Shown piece by piece: positions 25,410 to 39,561 of a stretch of 64,000 nucleotides of DNA (its first letter is position 1; every line of letters begins with the position of its first letter). The position numbers and the translations under genes are program-made. The notes below the pieces were generated by a model, which made no database searches, was not told the DNA's origin, and was given only the letters and a program-made list of their open reading frames with translations. This DNA is from Camelus ferus. Taxonomy: Eukaryota. The stretch spans positions 45,634,001 through 45,698,000 of the forward strand of contig NC_045707.1 of NCBI RefSeq assembly GCF_009834535.1. The letters run 5' to 3'.

Positions 25410-28400
25410 AAAAATTTTGATAATCTACATGCCATAAAATTCATCATTTTTAAGTGTAAAATTCTGTGGGTTTTAGTATAAGTGTAACACCACCATCACT
25501 ATCTAATTACATAACATTTTCCATTTATCAGTTAAAAGACATTTGGTAACTCTATTTTTAGTTTTTTAAGGAACCTCCATACTGTCCTCCATAGTGGCTA
25601 CATCAGTTTACATTTCTACCAACATTCCCTTTTCTCCAAACTCTCTCCAGCATTTATTATTTGTAGGCGTCTTGATCTTAGCCATTCTGACTGGTATGAG
25701 GTGATACCTCATTATAGTTTTGATTTGCATTTCTCTAATATACACACTACTATATATAAAATAGATCAACAACAAGGACCTACATTATAGCACAGGGAGC
25801 TATATTCAACATCTTGTAATAACCTACAATGGAAAATAATCTGAAAAAGAATATTGATATACATATATATATATATATATATAAAACCGAATCATTTTGC
25901 TGTACACCTGAAACCAGCACAACATAGTAAATCAACTACACTTCAGTTTAAATAAAGACATCTGGATTGTTTCTAATTTTTGACTATTATAAATAATGCT
26001 GTTATAAACATTCCTGTACCAGTTTTGGTGTGGCTATATGTTTTCATTTCTCTTAGGTATGTATCTAGGAATACAATTGTTGGGTCATATGGTAACTCTG
26101 TATTTAATCTTTTAATGAACTCCCAGACAGTTTTCAAAAGCAAGTACAGCATTTTACATTCCTCATACACTATTGGTAGGTTTAAAACTTGAGTTATTTG
26201 TCTTTATTGTTGAGTTTAATTTCTTTCAATTATGTTTTGTAGTTTTCAGTATTACAATTCTTTAGCTTAATTTATACTTAAGTATTTTATTCTTTTTGAT
26301 ACTACTGTAAATGGAATTTTCTTAATTTCACTTTCACATTGTTTATTACAAGTGTGTAGAAATAGAACTGACTTTTGTACATTATCTTAAACCTTGAAAC
26401 CTTGCTGAATTTATTTACTTATTTATTTTTATTGAGGTATAGTCAGTTTACAATGTTGTGTCAATTTCTGGTGTACAGCACAATTCTTCAGTCATACATG
26501 AGTGTACATATACTTATGTTCATATTCTTTTTCACCATAAGCTACTACAAGATATTGAATATATTTCCCTGTGCTATACAGTATAAACTTGTTTATCTAT
26601 TTTATATATACCAGTTCGTATCTGCATATCGTGAACTCCCAGTTTATCCCTTCCCAGTCCCCTCCGCCCTGGCAGCCACAACTCTGTATCCTATGTCTGT
26701 GAGTCTGTTTCTGTTTTTTGTATAAGTTCATTTGTCTTTTTTGTTTTTAAGATATTTATTATCTCTAATTAATTCTTCATGGGTTCCTTAGGATTTTCTG
26801 TATACAATATCATGTGATGTAACAAATAGTTTTTCTTCATTTCCCAATAGGGGTTTTTTGGTTATTTTTTTGTTTTTAGGACATCTTGTCCTTGTCTTGT
26901 TCCTGATTTTAGGGTGAAAGCTTTTCATTAAATATATTAGCTGTGATTGTTTTTGCAGATGCCTTGTATAAACTTGAGGAAATTCCCTTCTATTTCTAGT
27001 TTGCTGAATGATTTTATCATAAAAGCCAAATGCTTTTCTGTGTCTATAAAGAAGATCATGTGGTTTCTTGTTCTATTGATATGTTGGTTATATTGATAGA
27101 TTTTTGGATGTTAAACCAACCTTGTTCCCTGGGAAAAATCTCACAAGGACATAATGTAAACTTCTTTTTGTATGTTGCTGAATTTAGTTTGCTAGTATTT
27201 TGTTGAGCATATTAGAACTTATATTTATAAGGGATGTTGGTCTGTGGGTATTTTTTGAAGTATTGTTTATTTACAATATTGCATTAGTTTCAGGTGAACA
27301 GCATAGTGATTCAGGGTTTTTTGCAGATTATATTCCATTACAAGATATTGATTATAATTCCCTGCAGTTTGTGTCTGTTTATCTCATACTCCTAATTTGT
27401 CCCTCCTCCCCTTTCTTCTTCTCTTTAGTAACCTTAAGTTTGTTTTCTATGTCTGTGAGTCTGTTTGTATATAGTTTTATTTGTATTTTTTTTTAGATTC
27501 CACATATAAGTGATGGCATATGATATTCATCTTTCTCTGACTTATTTCACTAAGCATGATGTTTTCTAGGTCTGTCCATGTTGCTGCAAATGGCAATATT
27601 TCATTATTCTTTATGGTTGAGTAATATTCCATTGCATATACATCCCACACCTTCTTTATCCAGTTATCTGTTGATGGGCATTTGGGTTGTTTCCATGTCT
27701 TGGCTATTGTAAATAGGGCTGCTGTGAACATTGGAGTGCATGTATCTTTTTGAAATAGAGTTTTCATTTTTTTCTGGACATATACCCAGCAGTGGGATTG
27801 CTTGATCATATGGTAGCTCTGTTTTTAGTTTTTTAAGGGACCTCTACACTGTTCTTTATATTGGCTGTACCAAAGTACATTCCCACCAACAGTGTAGGAG
27901 AGTTCCTTTTCTCCACATCCTCTCCAGCATTTATTATTTGATGATGGCCATTCTGACCTATGTGAGGTGATACCTCATTATAGTTTTTGTCTTCTTTGAA
28001 CAAATGTCTATTTAGGGCTTCTGCCAATTTTTTTTTTTTTTTTGCTATACAGTATAAACTTGTTGTTTATCTATTTTATATATAGTAGTTAGTATCTGCA
28101 AATCTCAAACTCCCAATTTATCCCTTGCCACCCCTTTTCCCCTCCCCCAGTAACCAAAAGTTTATTTTCTATGTCTGTGTCTGTTTCTGTTTTGTAAATA
28201 AGTTCATTTGTCTTTTTTTTTTTAAGATTCCACATATAAGTGGTATCATATGGTATTTTTTTAACATTTTTTATTGATTTATAATCATTTTACAATGTTG
28301 TGTCAAATTCCAGTGTTCAGCACAATGTTTCAGTCATTCATGGACATATACACACTCATTGTCACATTTTTTTCTCTGTGAGTTATCATAACATTTTGTG

Positions 28401-31400
28401 TATATCTCCCTGTGCTATACAGTATAATCTGGTTTATCTATTCTACAATTTTGAAATCCCAGTCTATCCCTTCCCACCCTCCACCCCCCTGGCAACCACA
28501 AGTCTGTATTCTCTGTCTATGAGTCTATTTCTGTCCTGTATTTATGCTTTGTTTTTGTTTGTTTGTTTTTGTTTTTGTTTTTTAGATTCCACATATGAGC
28601 AATCTCATCTGGTATTTTTCTTTCTCTTTCTGGCTTACTTCACTTAGAATGACAATCTCCAGTTCCATCCATGTTGCTACAAATGGCATTATTTTATTAT
28701 CTTTTATGGCTGAGTAGTATTCCCTTGTATAAATATACTGCTTCTTCTTTATCCAGTCATTTGTCCATGGAAATTTAGGTTATTTCCACATCTTGGCTAT
28801 AGTAAGTAGTGCTGCTATGAACATTGGGGTGCATGTATCTTTTCGAATTAAAATTCCCTCTAGATATATGCCTAGGAGTGGGATTGCTGGATCATATGCT
28901 AAGTCTATTTTTAGTTTTTTGAGGAATCTCTGTACTGTTTTCCATAATAGCTGCACCAAACTATTCCCATCAACAGTGTAGGAGGGTTTCCTTTTCTCTA
29001 CACCCTCTTTAGGATTTACTGTTTGTGGACTTTTTAATGATGGCCATTCTGACTGGTGTGAGGTGATACTTTATTGTAGTTTTGATTTGCATTTCTCTGA
29101 TAATTAGCAATATTGAGCATTTTTTATGTGGCTATTGGCCATTTGTATGCCTTCATTGGAGAATTGCTCGTTTAGGTCTTCTGCTCATTTTTGGATTGGG
29201 TTTTTTATTATTATTATTAAGTTGTATGAGCTGTTTATATATTCTGGAAATTAAGCCCTTGTCAGTCTCATCTTTTGCAAATATTTTCTCTCATTGACTA
29301 GGTCCCATTTGTTTATTTTTGCTTTTATTTCTGATCTAAGAAAATATTCCTATGATTTATGTCAGAGAATGTTTTGCCTATATTCTCCACTAGGAGTTTT
29401 ATGGTTTCATGTCTTACATTTAGCTCTTTAAGCCATTTTGAGTTTATTTTTTTTATGTGGTGTGGGAGAGTGTTCCAACTTCATTGATTTACATGTAGCT
29501 GTCCAGCCTTTTCAGCATCGCTTGTTGAAGACACTGTCTTTTCTCCATTATATATTCTTGCCTCCTTTGTCATAGATTAATTGACCGTAGGTGTGTGGGT
29601 TTATTTCTGGGTTCTCTATTCTCTAATGATCTATATGTGTGTTTTTGTACCAAATACCATTATTGTATTTTTTATTATTTTGATTTTTGATTATTGTAGC
29701 TTTGTAGTATAGTGTGAGGTCTGGAAGGGTTAAACTGCCAGCTTTGTTCTTTTTTCTCAGGATTGCTTTGGCAATTCTGGGTCTTTTGTGATTTCACATA
29801 AATTTTGGGATTATTTGTTCTAGTTCTGTGAAAAATGTCATGAGTAATTTGATAGGGATTACATTAAATCTGTAGATTGCTTTGGGTAATGTAGCCATTT
29901 TAACAATATTAATTCTTCCCATCCAAGAGCATGGATAGCTTTCCATTTCTCTGAGTCATCTTCAGTTTCCTTTGTCAGTGTTTTACAGTTCTCAGCATAC
30001 AAGTCTTTCACATCCTTGATCAAGTTATTCCTAAGTATTTTTTTAATGTGATTTTAAAAGAGTTGTTTTTTTTTTTTACTTTACTTTTCTGATATTTCAT
30101 TGTTAAGGTAAATAAATGCAACAGATTTCTATATGTTAATCCTGTATCCTGCTACCTTGCTGAATTTGTGTATCAGTTCTAGTAGTTTTTGTGTGGAATC
30201 TTTAGGGTTTTCTATATATAGTATTATGTCATCTGCATATGGTGACAGTTTTACCTCTTCCCTTCCAATATGGATCCCTTTTATTTATTTTTTTTTCTTG
30301 TCTAATTGCTGTGTCTATGACTTCCAATACTATGTTGAATAGAAGTGGTGACAGTAGCAGGAAGGCTTTCAGCCTTTCATCATTGAATATTAAGCTGGCT
30401 GTGGGTTTGTTGTAATGGCCTTTATTAAGTTGAGATGTGTTCTCTCTGTACTCATTTTGGTGAGTTTTTTTTTTTTATCATGCATAGATGTTGAATTTTG
30501 TCAAATGCTTTTTCTGCATCTATTGAAATGGTCATGTGGTTTTTGTCTTTCCTTCTGTTAATGTGGTGTATCACATTGATTGATTTGCGTATGTTGAACA
30601 ATCCTTGTGACCCTGGAATGAATCCAACTTCATCATGGTGTATGATCCCTTTTATATATTGTTACATTTGGTTTGCTAATGTTTTGTTGAGGATTTTTGC
30701 ATCTGTAGTCATCAAAGATATCAGCCTGTAATTCTCTTTTTTTTTGTAGTGTTTTTGTTTGCTTTTGTTATGAGGGTGATGGTGGCCTTATAGAATGAAT
30801 TTGGGACTGCTCCCGCCTCTTCAGTTTTTTGGAATAGTTTGAGAAGGATAGATGTAAATTCTTCCTTGTATGTTTGGTTGAATTCTCCAGTGAAGCCATC
30901 TGATCCTGGACTTTTGTCTGCAGGGAGCTTTTTTTGAATTACAGATTCTGTTTCACTTCTAGTGATCTGTCTGTTCAAATTATCTTTTCTTCTTGACTCA
31001 GTTTTGGAAGGCTGCACATTTCTAAAAACTTGTCCATTTCTTCTAGGTTTTCCAATTTGTTGGCATATAATTGTTCATAGTATTGTCTTTTTTTTTTTTT
31101 TTTTTTTTTGTATTTCTGGTATATCAGTTGTTATTGCTCCTCTTTCATTTCTTATTTTATTTATTTGGGTCCTCTCTCTTTTCTTCGTGGTGAGCCTGGC
31201 TAGTTTCTTGATTTTGTTTATCATTTCAAAAAACAAGCTCTTGGTTTTATTGATATTTTCTATTGTTTTTATCTCTATTTTATTTATTTCCTTTCTGATC
31301 TTTATTATTTCCCTCTTTCTGCTGAGTTTGGGTTTTGTTTGTTCTTTTTCTGATCTTTTAGGTCATAAGTGAGGTTGTTTATTTGAGATTTTTCTTGTTT

Positions 31401-33100
31401 CTTCAGGAAGATCTATATCACTTGAACTTCCCCCTTAGAACTACTTTTGCTGCATTCCATAGATTTTATAAATGTTTGCTTTCTTTTCTGTTCATCTTGA
31501 GGTATTTTCTGATTTATTTTTTGATTTCATTGTTGACCCATTGGTTTTTTAGTGGCATGTTGTTTAGTCTCCATGTGTTTACTCTTTTCTCATTTTTCTT
31601 TACGTGGTTAACCTAGAGTTTCATGCCATGTGGTCAGAAAAGATGCTTGAAATAATTTCTATCCTCTTAAATTTGTTGAGGGTTATTTTATGACCTAGTA
31701 CATGGTCTCTCCTAGAGAAAGTTCCATGTGCACATGGAGAGAATGTGTATTCTGTCTTTTGAGGATATAGTGTCCTGTAGATATCACTTAAGTCCAATTC
31801 GTCTATTGTGACATTTAAGACCTTAGTGCTTTATTAATTTTCTATCTGGGTGATCTCTTCATTGATGTCAGAGTTAAAATCTCCAACTATCATTGTATTA
31901 TTGTCAGTTTCTCCCCTTATATCTGTTAGTATTTGCTTTATATACTTAGGTGCTCCTGTGTTGGATTTGTATGTGTTAACGAGTATAATGTCCTCTTCTT
32001 TTATTGATCCTCTCATCATTATATAATGCCCTTCTTTGTCTTTCTTTATGGCCTTTATTTTAAAGTCTATTTTGTCTGATATGAGTATTGCTACCCTTAC
32101 CCTCTTGTCATTTCTATTTGCATGAAATATCTGTTCCATCCTCTCACTTTCAGTCTGTATGTGTCTTTCATCCTGAAGTGAGTCTTTTGTAAGCAACAGG
32201 TTCTTCCATTTTTTTTTTAATCCAATCTGCCACTCTGTGTCTTATGATTGGAGTATTTAGTTCATTGACATTTGAAGTAATTATTGATTGGTATGTACTT
32301 ATTGCTATTTTAATCCTTGTTTTCCAGTTGTTTTTGTAGTTCTTCTTTGTTCTTGTCTTCTTTTTGTTTTTCCTTTTGTGGTTTGATGATTTTCTTTTGT
32401 AGTATGCCTGAGTTCCTTTTTTGTTTTGTTTTGTTTTTGTGAATTTTTTGTATGTTTTTGATTTGTGGTTACCATGGAGTCCAAATATGTTGATCCATAA
32501 CTATATCTATTGCTTTAAACTGATAGTCATTCAAATTGAAACACATTCTAAAAGATTTACATTTTTATACTCCCCTTCCCCATATTTTCAATTTTGATGT
32601 CCGATTTTACATCTTCATGTTTATCCTTTTACTGTTTATTGTAATTATAATTGCTTTTACAATTTTTTAATTGTTTTTAACCTATATGCTGGCTTATTTA
32701 AGTGATATTCAGGGCTTACTGTATATTTGCCTTTCATATTGTGAATTTCCCTTTCCCACAGAGTGAAGGTTTTAAATGTCTGATGCCCAGAATGTTTCAT
32801 TCAATGAGTACAATTTTGTTTTTATTAGTTTTGCTAAGAAGCAGCAACAACAGCAGAGTTGATTAAGAAAAATTAAGGAAAAATGAAAAAAAGGGAACAC
32901 ACAAAGAAGAAGGTCGTGGCTGCTTTTTAGATACTGGTACAGAAGGCCATGCTTTTCATAACTGCCACCTTGTAGCTGCAGAAAGCCCTAGACGTAATGA
33001 TGTCATTCGAATTGTGGTTTTATTTTTGTGATTTTTTTTGTTTTCATATCAGAGTAATTCTGGCCTCATAGACTAGTAGGGAAGATATTCTATTTTTTAA
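25410..33100 (-). mobile_element. Large nested L1 cluster with degraded ORF2 (endonuclease and RT remnants)
   Basis: Minus-strand remnants: VAILISDKIDFKIKAIKKDKEGHYIM...IVGDFN (endonuclease, 31834-32196) and KSPGSDGFTGEF...PNSFYKATITLITK (30721-31017). Several independent 3' ends with T-tails at ~26410, 27250, 28030 and 28260. Confidence 0.92.
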
Positions 33101-34479
33101 GGAATGTATGGTACTCTTAGTGTCTGATTTTTGACAATTCCAGCTTTCCTCTTATTGTAGATGTAGATTAGAACTGTTTGAAGTTCTTTGATGTTCTCAG
33201 GACCATCCTTTTACTTCCTTCTCTTGCCATACTTACCTCCCTGATTTCCTCAGGGCCTCTTCTCTATGTTTCAAGCTGGTAATGAACTCATTGAAACACT
33301 ACATACTCAATTGTTTAAGCTATTTCTTCTCTCCTCCCAAGGAAACATGTAGTCTGTTTTACCCCAGTTGTGTTTCTGTAATGCAAATTAGCTAATGATT
33401 ATTAGATAAGTGAATGATGTTGTATAACCTGTATGTTGTCATCCTCAATTTTTCATACTTGATTTTTCTAATGAAAAGGGGGGCCACAGAAGTAATGGAA
33501 TTATAACCTTTATTAGGACAAGAAAAAGTCTTCAGCTCAGCAGCTACATAGACAAGGGCTCTTTCAACTCTTAAGAAAAAACATAATAATGAGCACCAGT
33601 ACGCAGGGACCCCTTTCCAGAAAGGCATATCCCCAGGCTTATGGCTCTCAGATTCTGGCAGGTTTGACATCTTTATGTGCCCACCTTAAAATCAACCCCA
33701 CTGGTAAGAAACTCTAATTCATCCACATGATTTCAGTACTCATAAGTTTGTGTTCCTACTCTTTTTTTTTTTTTTTTTTTAACTATCCCGTGAAGCAGCT
33801 TCTGGCCACAGGTGCCTGCCTGGGCTATTTATGCTTGTCATGAGGTACCAATTACTGTTACTCTTTTGTGCTGTGGTTACAAAGTGGCATAGGTTTTAAG
33901 TGGTGTGTCCTAATCCTATTTTTCCCATAAGCCTTCTTTTTAGTGCACAATGTTGCAGTGCATGAGGTTTTCTACCAATATATACATCATGTTATAGCAT
34001 AAGTGCCTGTATTTATACTTTAACCAGGGATTTTGTAGATAATTGGATTTATTCAAAGTGGAATCTTTGCCCACAGTGGCAGGACAATGAGAGATGTTTA
34101 GATAAACAGGAGCTTTTGGTGTCCTTCAAGTCTCATTTGAAACATATTCTCTTACTTCTCTGTAAAACAGAGCTAGTCAAGCCTGAGCCTTTGAAAATTT
34201 TTCTCATTAATAATAATAGCTAATGATCCTCCAGCCACTGCATGTCCCAGTTCTTTGATGCTGTTGCTGTTGTCCAGTCCTCCACTGTGTACTCGTCTTC
34301 TTCAGTGCAAACCCATGAGGCCATTTAACAAGGTCTCAGGTGATACTGATGCTGCTTGTCCAGGTACCTCATTTTGAATCGTACTGCTCTAATGGTCCTG
34401 TCATCAGTAGTATCACTCATGTTCACAAGCAATCAGTTCATTCCCTGTCAAGCCATTTTTTCCTGGCCCTTACATCAGC

Positions 34480-34701
34480 ACAGTCATTCCCAACAAGAGG
34501 CAGTTTTGATCCCCAGGAGATACTTGGCAGCATCAGGAGATACTTTTTGTTGTCATAACTGGGTAAGAGGGTATGCTACTGGCATCTGGCAGGTAGAGGC
34601 CAAAGATACTGCTAAACATTCTGCCAAGCACAAGGTAGCTCCTTACCACAAGGCATTATCTGGCCCAAAATGTCAATAGTGCTAAGGTTGAGAAAATCAG
34701 T
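34480..34701 (+). mobile_element. MER20 hAT DNA transposon
   Basis: tgctactggcatctggcaggtagaggccaaagatactgctaaacattctg...tatctggcccaaaatgtcaatagtgctaaggttgagaaa. Confidence 0.85.
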
Positions 34702-34917
34702 ATTGACATAAGCATGCAATCCTTTTGACTGCATCTATGTCAAGTCAATAGCCCATAAAATGAAGATAGAGGTAAAGGGATGGTTGTGCTCCTTCCTTAA
34801 AATTTGTTTATACTTAATTGAAAATAAAACATTTAAACTTTAAAACCATCAAGTGCTTTGAAATATTGCCTACAGACATGATAACTTGTCTTCAGATTTC
34901 CATTTTATCCTTCTTAG

Positions 34918-34988
34918 GTCTCATGGCTCAATGGAAGATTATTGAAACTAAACCTTTGGACACTGGGCCAATCTATTTCTTTGATCAG
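34918..34988 (+). pseudogene. C3orf20/FAM194-like gene relic, exon A (putative ATG at 34923)
   Basis: Acceptor cattttatccttcttag; ctcATGG; MAQWKIIETKPLDTGPIYFFDQ; donor CAG|GTAATA, phase 0, joins exon B in frame across a 112-nt intron. Supported by splice and phase logic only, not by recognised homology. Confidence 0.6.
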
Positions 34989-35100
34989 GTAATAATATAG
35001 CTCTGTCTCATCAAATTGTAGATTACTTTTTAAAAAAATAACTCACTTTTGACCAGTATTTTTCTCTCTTTTGTAATCAGAAATTTTTTTTTTCTTTTAG

Positions 35101-35186
35101 ATGAAACCAAAAAGGAAAATATGGGATAAGAGAACGTGTAAAGACCATTTTTCCCATTTGGGATGCGCTGCAGAGGCTAACTATCG
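35101..35186 (+). pseudogene. C3orf20/FAM194-like gene relic, exon B
   Basis: Strong poly-T acceptor (tttttttttttcttttag); MKPKRKIWDKRTCKDHFSHLGCAAEANY+CG; donor GTAAAA; phase 2 matches exon C (CG|T = Arg). Confidence 0.65.
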
Positions 35187-38100
35187 GTAAAACATTTGGA
35201 ATTTACTCTCCAATTGCTGGGATCACTTTACATTCTCAAAGGGTTATAAGCTGCTCAGGACCAATATTTCCCTGTTCCCCATCCACCAAGAAACTACGTC
35301 AAGGAGTTGCCATATCAAAGCTGACAATGAAGTAAATCAGAGAACTTTGTTTTAGCCAAATCAGTAGTTAATTTAAACATAAGTGGTTCCAAATCAACCA
35401 GTCATCAGTTTCCTTGCTTTTCTACAAACAAACCCTTGCCTTAGGCAGTTTGTGCTAGATGTTCCTTCTGCTTTCTACATTGCTTACTCCCTGTTCAAGG
35501 ATCATCTTTGTATGAGACTTTTCTTGATTGTCCTATTTCAAATTTCTGCCCTGTCCCCATTGGCATTCTCTATTCCCCTTCCTGACTTTTCTGTTGTGCT
35601 TATCACTTTCTATCTTTGTAAATGGTATTCCTATTTATTTGTTTGCCTTCTGTCTCCTCATGTGAGTATCAGGTCTATAAGCACAGGATATTTTACCTGT
35701 TTATCACTTCTCTATCCCCAGACCGAAAAACAATGTTTGGCATATCGAATGTGCTTAACAGAGATTTGTGATTAACAACCATGAAATTGTGTCAAGCCCA
35801 CAGAGATGGATGAAATAATGGAACTAGTTGTTCCACAACATTTTTACCCTCTAGTTACTACAGTTTCTTAACCTGTGAAGTAAAAATTAAAATACCCCAA
35901 TCTGTCTTAGAACATACATCAGAAGTCTTAAAAGTTGTCAGTTATAGCAGTGAGTTCTCAAGCAGGCATGGTTTTTCCCCCACAAGGGACATTTGGCAAT
36001 GTCTGAAGACAGTTTTGATTATCATGACTAAGGTATCATATCAAATGCAAACAACTCTGGCGTAAGAGAGTGCCAGAATACTCCCTCTTGGGATAGCAAT
36101 GGCCTTAGAGTTGCATGTCTTTTCCTTTTTATAGAAATTCCATATTAGGATGGATATTAGTGTGAAATACTAGTATAGATACAGCATAGCTATTTATGTC
36201 TTTAGATATCTTAATATGATAGCTCTAGTCACAGCCTAAACATAACAATTAGAGGAGGAACCTACTTACATGCTAGTGGGTAGCTGTAGTCCATTTCTAC
36301 TATACGGGAATGCAGCCCCAGAGTGCACAGTTCTTTTCATTTTTTTAAGAGAAACTAGGAATGTAGATTTTTGCAGAATTCTTCTGGCCCTCAGATATTG
36401 GCAACTAATTCAAATTTTTAAAAATGCACTATACACTTCATTAGACAAGCCAAACACAGTGAATCTATGGATCTTGCCCTAGGGCTACCTACCAGTTGCT
36501 CAATTCTGGTCTAGAGCTACCCAGTTTCCAGAATTTGTAGAAACTTGTCCACTGTCACACAAAAAAAGTATTTTTAGGCTGGTATTCTTTTTGCACTATT
36601 TGGCATTCATAGTCCATTTTTCATATCTATCAAGACTCTAGAAAAATGCAAAGGAAACTGAAGGCCCAGACCAATGCCCCTCACTCAGATATTAAATTTT
36701 TTTTAATTAATTAATTAAAAAAAATTAGTTTTCTTGAAAGTGGAAAGTCCTTATCCTAGAAATAAATATAGTATTTCCTCTTCAGTAACAGGAGAATAAA
36801 AGATTTATCTTACAGGACGGTCAAAACAACTAGTACAATGTCAACCACCTATTATTAAAATTTTAAATTAATCACAGTTATTATTTAATAGGTAATGATA
36901 GTTTTGCACTTACATACATAGAATACTATGAAATGAAGTAGAGATAATATAATACCTATCTAATAGATGGTGAAGTTTTGATAAAGTAGTGTATGTGAAA
37001 GTCCTTTATAAAGTGATAAATACATTTACAGTGTCATTATATTATAATAGATTGTTAAAATAAGATCTATCTTTTAAAAACCAGTAAGTGTATAACATTT
37101 TATGTATGTGTGTCTATATATATATACATATATATAGAGAGATATACATATATATATACATATACACACACATCTATGTATATGTATGTGTGTATATACG
37201 TATATATATTTACAGGGTATAGGTCAAATACATATGTTTAATTTACCAAAATGATCTTCCTCCATTTTATCCTTTTGGAATTAATAGATTTTGATGATTA
37301 TAAACAGATTGTATTTTGTAACCTCCCTTCTGTTCAATATTGTCTCTGTGTACTTCATTGTGGAGATTTTTTTCTGACAATCTTCCATCTAATTTTCTCT
37401 TCAGCTGTGTCTAATATGGTATTAAACCTATCTACTGAGATCTTAATTTTGATTATTATATTTTTCATCTTTATAATTTCTATTTTGTTCTTTTTCAAAT
37501 ATGCTGTAATATTTGAGTGTAGTTTTCATTTCTTCACAAAAATTCTCAATTTCCTTGGACATAATAAGCATAGTTATTTTAAACTCTGTATCTCCCTATG
37601 GTTCTGTTTTTATTAATTGCTATTTCTACAGGTCCTTATTTATGTTCTCTTGGTTCTTTGTGAATCTGATTTTTTAAAAAAAACTTTGTGCCAGACATTG
37701 TATTTGAAAAATTGTTTTAAAAAATAATTTGAGAGCCAGGATGAAGTTATCTTCCTCTAGAGGAAATTTATATTTGTTTCTGTCAGAGGCTTGAGGCAAC
37801 ACTCTGGGATCACTTTAATTCAATGTCAGGAAACAAGATAATATGAAGCTGTGTTTGAATGTGCTGGTTTAGGTCTACTTTGGGATAACCCCTACTCCTA
37901 AGATGTAGCCATTTGAGTCTCATCTAATAACCTCCCATTGGAAAGCCCTGGATTCCAAATTTTGAATCCTTAGCCTCCACAAAACTACCAAAGGCCTGAT
38001 CAGACTCTAAGCCTCTCCTCAGATTCTTCTAGAATTGGTAAAATTCTCTTCCCCACCCCAACCCCTCACAAGGTAGGGAAATATGGGGTTTACCTCTTTG

Positions 38101-38273
38101 GATTTATATCTTTTCCCAGATACTGATAGTAACTCTTTACTATCTCTATAGCTCTCTATAGCCTTTGGGAAGATGTTTTTTATATTTTTCCAGCTTCTCT
38201 AGTTGTCTTCCAAGGGAGGGTTACTTTGAATTACCTAGATGCTATTATCAAAAGGGGAAGACCACTTGAAAGT

Positions 38274-38795
38274 TTTTTTTTTTAACATTTTTTTAATTAA
38301 GTTATAGTCATTTTACAATGTTGTGTCAAATTCCAGTGTAGAGCACAATTTTTCAGTTTTACATGAACATACATATATTCATTGTCACTTTTTTTTTGTG
38401 GTAGCTGTGAGCTACCACAAGATCTTGTATATATTTCCCTGTACTATACAGTATAATCTTGTTTATCTATTCTACATTTTAAAATCCCAGTCTGTCTCTT
38501 CCCACCCCCTGCCCCCTTGGCAACCACAAGTTTGTATTCTATGTCTGTGAGTCTGTTTCTGTTTTGTATTTATGTTCTTTGTTTTTGTTTTTTTTTTAGA
38601 TTCCGCATATGAGTGATCTCATATGGTATTTTTCTTTCTCTTTCTGGCTTACTTCACTTAGAATGACATTCTCCAGGAACATCCATGTTGCTGCAAATGG
38701 CATTATGTTGTCATTTTTGTGGCCGAATAGTATTCCGTTGTATAAATATACCACATCTTCTTTATCCAGTCATCTGTTGATGGACATTTGGGCAT
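38274..38795 (-). mobile_element. Young L1 3' end (camelid-type)
   Basis: Poly-T tail, then taacattttttt...ttttacaatgttgtgtcaaattccagtg, the same family as 28260-28800. Confidence 0.88.
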
Positions 38796-39561
38796 TTGAC
38801 CACATGGAAGTTTTAAACATAGTATGTATAGTTGTTTTATAAACTGTGGCTGAAAATTCCAATCCCTGAAATACCTAGTCTTTTTGTGAGTCTGTTTCTG
38901 TTGTCTGCTTTAGAATTTTTAGTACAGTGTAGTAACATCTGATATGGGTGTGTAGGATGGGCTATGGGAACACAGAAAATGTAGACAAAGAAATTCAGGG
39001 AAGGCTTTCTGGAAGAAATGATCTCTGTCTTGTCTTACAATTAAACACACATATGTTGGTTTTTTTATCTTCTGTGTATAAACATAATAAATGTTCATTG
39101 TAGAAAAGTTAGAAAAGTATAAAATATAAAAGGAGAAAATAAAAATTAACTTCCATAATTCCACAGTCAGTTTGCTTTTTAGAGGACATTTGTTTAGTCT
39201 TTTTACTACCAGATATATGGTTTATATATATTATACATTTGAGATCATTCCACATATATGGTTATGTGCAATTTCATACAATATTATAACAAAAACATTT
39301 CTCCAAGTTTTTAAGAGCAATTTTCTAAACAATTTTTCATGGCTACTCATTATGTGGGTATGGTATTACCTACTTAGCTATATCTCTCCAAGCCATTAGG
39401 TTCCTTTAAATTTTTTGTAATATCAAAAATAATGCTCTAGTTAGCAATTTTATGCATAGATATTATACTTTTTATTATATTTTAAAATGACTTCTAGAAG
39501 TCAAATTGCTATGATGAAGAGTATAAAATATCCTTAAAACTTACGTATTTTTTTTTTACAG

